A stretch of 60,799 nucleotides of DNA, counting the filler, from Sphacelaria rigidula (lineage: Eukaryota), in assembly GCA_964200075.2 (NCBI GenBank). It is 6 parts of 6 records of this genome, joined end to end, with 100 filler letters (N's around TTAATTAATTAA, not from the genome) between each part and the next. Parts side by side here need not be neighbours in the genome. Positions count along the whole stretch, not along the records: positions 50,751 to 60,799 come from CAXNAA020007252.1; 5 more parts are not named here. One strand, written 5' to 3'. Each line of letters begins with the position of its first letter. The stretch's first letter is position 1. This document shows, one piece after another, positions 52,762 through 60,799 of this stretch. Below the pieces are notes generated by a model. It ran no database searches. It had not been told where the DNA came from and was given only the letters and a program-made list of their open reading frames with translations. The position numbers were made by a program, and so were the translations under genes.

Positions 52762-55700
52762 ATGTTGCTGGGCGGCAAGGGCGCCAATTTGTGCGAAATG
52801 GCGAAACTCAAGCTACCCGTGCCCCCAGCGTTCATCATCACGACGGAAACGTGCCTAGAGTACTTTAGCGAGGGCACGGGCGATCTCCCGGTGGGTCTGA
52901 ATTACGACGCCCAGCTCAAGGCATTGGAGGATGACACGGGCAAAAAGTTCGGGAGCCCCACCAACCCGCTCTTGGTGTCGGTCCGCTCGGGTGCTCCGGC
53001 CTCCATGCCAGGTGGGTCTGGAGTTGTATGTGGATGAGAATGAAGCACGCGTGCGTACCCTGTGCTACGAGTACGTGAATGGTTGAACGAATACTCAGAT
53101 CGCCCACTACTGTAGGTGCCAATTTCGGTACCTTTTTCTCTCACTTCTTTTCACTTTCGAGTTCCAAAAGTATTGACATTTGTTTCCCTTCAAATTGGCA
53201 CCTACAGTAGTGGGCGGTCTGAGTATTCGTTTAACCCTCAGACCGCGAGATTAGTCTTTCTGGATGATGCATATTTTTTTCACTTGGAATTGATGCCGAT
53301 TCGACAGAAGACTAACCTCGCGGTCTAAGGGTTGATGGTATTTTCTCTTCCCTGGATGCGGTTGTGACGGCACCACTGCTCAACAGTTACATGTCGTGTT
53401 GGACCCATGATGACCACTGCCGTGAAGATTCAGTATCCTGGTGCCCTCATATTTTTCCGCCGGGGGTGTCGCTGAACAACCAGTATTGTCCACCACTTGA
53501 GGAGGTGAAGTTCGTCCAACCTGATTCTAGTGTGGATATCGGAAGTAGGATCTGCAATGGGGGCAGTGCTCCTCGCGTGCGCAAAACGCGTTGTCTGAAT
53601 CGGCCCCTGGGACGCCGATTTGAGGTGTAACACCCCCCTTGTCCAAAAGTTTTGGGTATGCCTGCGTTGCGTGTGAGGTCAGGGTTAAAGTTAGTGTCAC
53701 GAAAATGTTGAATTTTTGGAGAAATTTATCACCCTCCGAAGTGACGTAACCTCTACACAACCGACCACGGGTGTTCGCTGTCACAGCTGCCGCGTTCGTC
53801 GTTTCAATCTGGGGCAGTTTGAATGCCACAATTGCCGGTTCTGTTTCCATCTAAAGCAGTCATCCGGATAGTCGGAATCCGTTTGTTGATGAGATCTGTC
53901 AGATTGAGGATTTCTTGTTTTCTAGCGCACTTTTTCGATCGGAGAGTGATTTGTGAAGACATGGCCCTCGTTGTTTTGTGTTCAACTGAAGATGAAAATG
54001 ATGTCGGTTCACGATAGGCCATGTCTGCTCAGGTCTCGGGCCGCCCCTTACAATAGACAAGAATAACAATCTGGTGGAGAGTATTTTTGGAGGAGCTATC
54101 ACGTCGTTTCACGCCCCAAAAGAGAGCTAGACGGAGTCTGACACCTTAGAATGACTTGCTCTACTGGTTGAGGCGGTTTCAGGACATCTTTCCGTTTTCC
54201 GGAGGCCACCGTTTTCATTTTGGCCAAACAATCACTTTTGTCCAAGAACGGAAACAGAAGCAGCCATGGAAAAATGCCGCTCTTCCCCGGACTTGACTGT
54301 TTTTCACCGTTCTTGGACAAACGTGATTATTTGGCTAAAATGAAAACGGTGGCCTCCGGAAAACGGAAAGATGTCCTGAAACCGCCTCAACTAGTAGAGC
54401 AAGTCATTCCAAGTTGTCAAGCTCCTCCTAGCTCTCTTTTGGGGCGTAAAACGACGTAAAATCTTCAAAAAGAAACTTTTGCAGATTTTTATTTTGTCTA
54501 TTCTAAGAAGCTGCCTCAAAAGGGTTAATCTCGAGGAAAATTAAATATGATGACCTAGAATTGGTCAACGAACACATCCGCATTATATCAATCTTCACTT
54601 GCACCCCCCCCAATCCTTCGTCTTGATCCGTCAGTAGTGTTCCACCACTTGACTTGTTCGATGAGAGCCCTCAATCTTCCCAGAATTTAATTACTTGGTG
54701 TGGGTATGAACAACGATATTCGGATCTTTGATGGGGCTGACAGCCTCAAGAGGCGCATAACGCGCTTTTTTTTAAATCGGTGCCTGCGGCGCCGATTTAT
54801 GGTTCACCAACCCCACCCTTTACCCAGGAAAACGCTTTGCACCCCCCTCGCCCGAGAGTTTTCAGTATGCCTCGGGTCAGTGTTGAGGTCAGGGTTGCCG
54901 TTACTTCGAAATAATATATTTCCGAGATATATCTTCACCGAACAACTGGTGAACACACCTCTGATCCATTGCCGTGCTTATCCCCCCTTCGTTCTCGTGA
55001 ATTTCCCACAGGGATGATGGACACCGTTCTCAACCTGGGTCTCAACGACGAGATCGTTGAGGTGAGAGGAAAGTTGAGGATGTAATAAATCTCAATTTTT
55101 GTACGACTGCCCATTTTTTCTTCACGTCCGCCGTCGGATAACGAGGTGACTACGAGCATTATTTGTGCGCGTGTCGTCCCTGTCGGTCGGTAGTGAAGCT
55201 TGGAAGGTGTATTGTAGTCAACCACACCAAAGGAGAGAGGAAGCAGTCGGCTCTTGATGGAAACGAACGACGCAGTGAAAGTATCCTCGGGCCTTCGCGA
55301 CGGAGTTTTGGACGTGCTTCGTTTGTTTGAATGCCGTCGATGGAAATAAAGAGCTGTTGACTCGCTACCTCGGTGATGCGTGGGGTCCGGTCCCCTCGCT
55401 GTTACCGCCGGGGGCCCTGCACTACTACAGAAATGTGCTTCCCTTTTTCATGTCATACACGTGATGGACAAAAGGGGACACCGTTGTCGTATCACCACAA
55501 CTGTAGAACTTGAATAATGAGGGACGCACTTACGAATTTAGGATATTGGAAAATTCTACGGTTCGCGCGTTCTGGTGCGAAGAAGGTAGACCGTTGTCAA
55601 TCCTTCTACTGTGCAACAACGAGGGTGCCATTATTTTTACCGTGTTCCTTTTTCTTCATTTGTGAGTGCCCCTCCTTCCCTGCTTCTTTCCCCCTTAATT

Positions 55701-58700
55701 TCGCTGGATATATCTGCTGTTGCTGTTGCTGTACAGGGCATTATTGAAACCACGGGAAACGCCAGGTTCGCCTACGACACTTACCGACGTTTCCTCAACA
55801 TGTACTCCGATGTGGTGATGGACATGGACAGGGAACCGTTCGAGGAGGTGTGTTTCGGGTCACATCGGTCATGTATATTGTTGATGCTCTCAAACATCTG
55901 GAAATAGTTTTCTTTTGCTCATGTGATGGTGTTTGCCCTCGCGGCGTGTTCTATCCGCGTGCTGTGCGCAGTTCGCTCATGCGAACGAATCCATCTCATT
56001 TTTGTTTCACCTTTTTTTTTCGTCACTTTTTTGTATTGGTCATTGGTCAGGCCATTAGCGAGATCAAGAAGGCCAAGGGGAAGGTCCTTGACCTCGAAAT
56101 GGACGCAGACGACTGGAAGGAGGTGAAGAGTAGATGTAGTGAACGACAGACAACGTTGGATAAACGAACATGCAGGGTTTTTTTCACGTATCTCTCTCAC
56201 CATCTGTGCATTTTTCCGTCGTGGATATTACCATACATGCGTGAAGACGTAATGTGTGTAAATCTCGACAATTTTCTCGCGAATGCTGCCATCTCTTTGT
56301 CTTGATGGCATGCGGGGATCACCAATGACGGGAGTAAATGTTGTAACATCCTCGATGCAAAAACAGCACTGCAATGACTATATATATCCATGTGTACCGT
56401 CCTCGAGTTCCCTTCAGCCAATTCTCCCGCTTTCTCAACGTGAGGGACGTCTGGATCTCCAGGGGGTCAATCAGTGAATCAAATCGAAAGTGCTATCCTA
56501 TCGTTCGCTGCTCGGAACGGCTAGCCGCCCGACCGATCCCAGTACATATGTTGCTGTTTGTCGTCTTGTCTCAACGTTTGAACCAAGAGCAAACGGTGCT
56601 ATGATATAACTGTGATTCAACGCAGGTGGTGGATGCGTTTAAGAAGCTCAACCCAAACGTGCCCATGGATCCGCGGGAGCAGCTTCGGGGTGCTGTTCTT
56701 GCGGTGTTTAAGTCGTGGAACAACGACAGGGCCATCCGCTACCGTTCGTACAACGGCATCCCCGACGAATGGGGCACGGCGGTGAGTGTTCAAGCCATGG
56801 CATACGGGAACATGAACGACGCCTGCGGTACCGGGGTGGCGTTCTCGAGAAACCCCTCGACTGGAGATGACAACTTCTTCGGCGGTGAGGAAGCTTTGGG
56901 TCTGTGTTTGTGAGAGTTGGTGTCGGTGATTCCTGCCACTGTTGCCGTTTCACGGTTGTTGGCACCAGGGTGTCGATACCGTTGCTGTTGTCGCTGATGG
57001 TTGTGGTGTGGCGGTTGTTTGCTACTTTTGTGTTTCTGATCATTCCATATTTGTCTGATATTGATGAGGCTCGAAAAAAGTCATCATCTTGAGTTTAACC
57101 GAAGGATGCCTTGATAAAAATAGAATTGAAGAGGAACGTCGTGCATGTACGATTGTCAAACAACGTGCAGTATTTTCTCTGACCTTCATTGCAGTCCGGT
57201 TTTGGTTCCCGCTTGCGTCAACTTGCGGTTTTTCCTGCTTTGTTCTCGGCTTCTTGTCTGTGGGGGCACAATATACCCCCCACAGAGTTCCTGCCAAACG
57301 CTGCGGGTGAGGATGTGGTGGCGGGAATCCGCACTCCTCAGCCGCTGGAGGAGATGGCGGAGAAGTGGCCGGACGTGTACGCTGAGCTGTTCAAGTACCA
57401 GGACCAGCTGGAAAATTACTACGGTGACATGCAGGTGTGTCTCCTTCTGTGTCTTCCCGCTCATGCTTGACTTGCTTGTGTTTTTTTGTGTGCCATCGGT
57501 ATTTACGTTGCACAAGGCCCACAGATGGGGGCAAGAGATTTGAGGGGCGAGGTTTTTCGACCAATCAGAACTATTCAAAGATATGAAAATGCGGAGACCT
57601 TTGACCGATCAGATCGGAGGAATGAGAGGAATATGAGGGGAAAATATTTTTAATTGTCCCATGCGTTGCGCAGCTGGGAGACAGGCAGCTGCCACCATCA
57701 ATCGCTCAGGATACAGCAGCCCCGTGCCGGCTCAGTGTGTTTACCCCAACGTGCACCCACTCGTCTCGATGTATTTCTTACCTGATCAAAGTACGAAAGA
57801 AGACTCAACAGACAGCTGCACAGCCGTCACGTGGTTGTTTCAACTTTGTACAGACAGCACTTCGGTCCCACCCCAATCACGTGCGGACCGAAACACGGCA
57901 TGCAGTCGAAGCATGACCCTCAGTTGTTGCGATAGAGGTGGCGTTTTGCGACATCAAATGATCGATGGATGTTGGGGTGTGGGTCTTTCCCCCCGCCCTC
58001 TTTTTTTTTCCCCACCAGGATATTGAGTTTACCGTCGAGAACGGGCGACTGTACATGCTCCAGTGCCGTAACGGTAAGCGTACCGCCAAGGCCGCCGTGA
58101 AGATCGCTGTGGATATGGTGAAGGAAGGAAAGCTTACCCCCACGGAGGCTCTTCTGCGCATCCCGGCCAACCAGATGGACTTCTTCCTTCACCCCACTCT
58201 CGACCCTGACGCCGTCAAGGTAAGGTGGATGCCGACGTGTTCGCTTCCCGTCCAACCCTTTCCCTCAGCCGTGCTTTCTCGTATGGTGGCCAGTGTACCC
58301 CTCCGCCCCCCCCCTCCTTGTCGTGTGATGTCATGTTTTATCTGCCACCCAGGGTTTCTGATACTTTCCTTGGTGCCTGACCGTGTGTACCGTGTTCAAC
58401 ACACCTCTCGAAATAAGATGTTTTTTTGAAAACTTGCGCCCAATTGCTCTTCCCTCATCCCTCCCGGTCCCCTCCGTTGCACGTGTTCGATCGCAAATAT
58501 AACCGACCACCACTGCCACCACCGCCAATTGAACGAACGACAGACGCTCATCGGAGAGGGACTTCCCGCATCCCCTGGAGCTGCGACGGGTAAAGTGGTA
58601 TTTACTCCTGACGATGCCGAAACCATGGCTAACGTTGGCGAGGATGTTATCCTGGTGCGCAAGGAGACAACGCCCGAGGACATCCACGGTATGAAGTCGG

Positions 58701-60573
58701 CGGTCGGCGTGCTGACTGCGCTTGGAGGGATGACTTCGCACGCTGCCGTGGTTGCTCGCGGTATGGGTAAATGCTGCGTTTCCGGGTGCACGGAGGCCGA
58801 GGTGGACACGTCTGGAAAATCACTCAAGGTGTGGCGTGGCACACGGTAGTGGTTGGATGTGAGGTTTACGTTTTTTGGTGAAATTTGGCCTAGAATGCTG
58901 GTGAGCAATCGGTTCTTTGAGGGGGATGGAGTAGGGGGGGAGTTCATAGCTGGGTCAAACCTTTGATTGACCGGTCCAAAACATGCACATACACACGATA
59001 TACTTGAGGTACCCCAAATGAGAAGCTCGGCTGGGTAAGATGCTCAAAATGAGTACATGGTCGGCGACCTATGCACACCCTGTTGCACTTGATGAACACG
59101 TTCATGAAGAAACATATTCCGCCCCCAACTTCGACAGTGGTCTGTACTCGCTACTCAGCGTTATTGCTCGTCTCCCGTTGAAGCGTTCACTTCGTCGACG
59201 AACAACAACGACAGACAACAAGGAGTAGTTGGTACTTGGGGAGGCAACTTGCGTGATGGACTCAATCCGGGCGAAAAAGCTTTCGAGATTTTGTGCGTTT
59301 GTTTTTGTGACGAATGAATCTAAAATTCATTAGTGTGATGTAAATTTTTGCAAAAAAATATGCAGCTGGGCGAACACGTACTGTACGAGCACGACATCAT
59401 CACGATCGACGGAAGCACGGGAGAGGTGTACCTGGGTACCGTCGAACGTCGGAGTGCCGCCGAGGACGAGGACTTCCAAACTGTACTCAAGTGGGCGGAC
59501 GACATGCGCAAGCTCAAGGTACGTCCGTGTCTCGAACCCTGTCTGTTGATCATTTTAGAACCTCCTTGGCTTTCATGACTCAGGTCACGGATGGTGTGTT
59601 GCCCCCCCCGCGGGTGAGTGTAATTGCGACGAGTGTAGTTTCCCTCGCCCCCGTTTTCCATCTCTCTGTGGAACACGTGGAGTTGAACTAGGACGCAGCG
59701 CCTCCGTCTCTCACAATCACAACATTTCATCGCTTTGCCACCTAGAGAGACCGTTCGAGCCAAGGATTGTGCAACACACACTCACACACAAAATATGGTT
59801 GCCTTGCCTTTGGGTTCGAATAGTTATTTTCTGTTTTTTTCACAAAATTGTTCATTCCAGCAAAGAAATGGAACGTGATGAAAAAAATAGTTCGTCAGGC
59901 TACTTGTAATTTGTCGAGACATGAAACCTGTTGAAAAGTGCATTTTTTGCCCTTCTCCGTCGTTCTTCCCCCGAAAAAAGAGCCGGGCGGAAGTTGACAC
60001 CTTGGAATGACTTGCTCTACTTGCTGAGGTTTTGGCCGAACGTTTAGTTTCAATGACACGACCAAGTCAACATCCGCATGACCCGGCCCTCTTTTCGGGG
60101 GGAAAACGACGGAGAGGGACAAAAAATCACTTTTCAACAGGTTTTATTTTTCAATACATGATAGCTTGAGATGAAAAACTGTTTGTGTCGTTTGAGCGCG
60201 CAGCAGGCAATGAATTCGGTGCCTGAACAGAGATGCCCAAACCCTGCCGGGGCCGCCATACGTCTCGCTTGTCCCAGTAATGCATTACCAACTTGCGCAT
60301 TTATGCCATCTTAGACACCGGTCCATCTCGCTCCCCCCCCCCCAAAAAAAAAATCCAGGTGTTGACAAACGCAGACACCCCGGAGCAGGCGGAGACTGCT
60401 CGTAAGCTGGGCGCCCAGGGCATCGGGCTATGCCGCAGCGAGCACATGTTCTTCGACCCCAACCGTATCTCCGCCATGCGCGCCATGATCGTGTCCGAGG
60501 ACAAGAAAGAGCGTATTCAGCACCTTGACACCATGAGGGAGTTCCAGCGCGACGACATCGAGGACATGCTGAA
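52762..60573 (+). CDS. PPDK: Pyruvate, phosphate dikinase, 10 internal exons (5' and 3' ends outside the contig or not found)
   Basis: Exons 52762-53011, 55012-55061, 55737-55847, 56051-56122, 56626-56884, 57286-57434, 58019-58219, 58544-58828, 59366-59518 and 60359-60573 are all GT-AG and in phase. Motifs: [63 protein letters not shown] (phospho-His), [12 protein letters not shown]. Confidence 0.97.
53087..53230. mobile_element. MITE with ~40-bp TIRs flanked by TTGA/TTAA
   Basis: acgaatactcagatcgcccactactgtaggtgccaattt pairs with aaattggcacctacagtagtgggcggtctgagtattcgt (1 mismatch). Confidence 0.85.
53235..53331. mobile_element. piggyBac-like MITE (CCC..GGG ends, TTAA/TTGA flanks)
   Basis: ccctcagaccgcgagattagtctt pairs with aagactaacctcgcggtctaaggg. 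Confidence 0.8.
54036..54528. mobile_element. Foldback element with >150-bp arms in a PPDK intron
   Basis: 54101-54255 is a near-perfect inverted repeat of 54303-54457; weaker pairing extends outward, and the right end reads aaaggg|TTAA. Confidence 0.85.
59895..60169. mobile_element. Foldback-family MITE in a PPDK intron
   Basis: aaacctgttgaaaagtg..ctccgtcgtt pairs with aacgacggag..cacttttcaacaggttt; shares tgacacctt.gaatgacttgctctact with the element at 54101. Confidence 0.75.
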
Positions 60574-60799
60574 GTGAGTGAAAGTGGAGTTACTGCCGCA
60601 GGGCGATGATATACCAGTGCAATGCGGCGGTCCCACAAAAGTGCGGTCGCACAAGGTTGGCCTTTGTAGGTGAGGGGGCAGATGGATCGCGTGAGTTTTT
60701 CCAGCTGTATTTCCTTTGCCGAGATTTTCGCTGCCCTCCGTAGACACTTTCTACGATAGCGCCCCCCCCCCCCCCCCACCCACAAAAACAAACAACATC

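Noticed and set aside
52762..60573. PPDK as bacterial contamination or recent HGT
   Set aside because: Nine spliceosomal introns, two of them carrying host-family MITEs.

Overview
Eukaryotic, intron-rich, repeat-rich DNA, most likely a brown alga (Phaeophyceae); the taxon is inferred from gene content, intron style and repeats. The window is not one locus. It is six unrelated contigs of almost identical length (five of 10,050 bp, one of 10,049 bp) joined by an artificial N44-TTAATTAATTAA-N44 spacer, so nothing can be inferred from proximity across those joins. Contig 1 (1-10050): last three exons of an S1-family sulfatase (minus strand), a hAT-type non-autonomous element and a decayed ~42-bp tandem array. 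Contig 2 (10151-20200): a possible AlkB-like gene fragment between inverted repeats, MITEs and a decayed DIRS/Ngaro tyrosine-recombinase retrotransposon. Contig 3 (20301-30350): an intronless ankyrin-repeat gene, the first exon of a TruD/PUS7-like gene and nested hAT elements. Contig 4 (30451-40500): two exons of a divergent kinesin-like motor and a tRNA-derived SINE head. Contig 5 (40601-50650): a complete 7-exon inositol polyphosphate 5-phosphatase with a long hydrophobic-plus-acidic N-terminal extension and a GC-AG intron, a divergent possible ABCG first exon and a CACTG-type MITE. Contig 6 (50751-60799): ten exons of pyruvate phosphate dikinase with MITEs stacked in its first visible intron. 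I found no CRISPR array, operon or other convincing new multi-gene system. The best leads are single-gene oddities and transposon structures.
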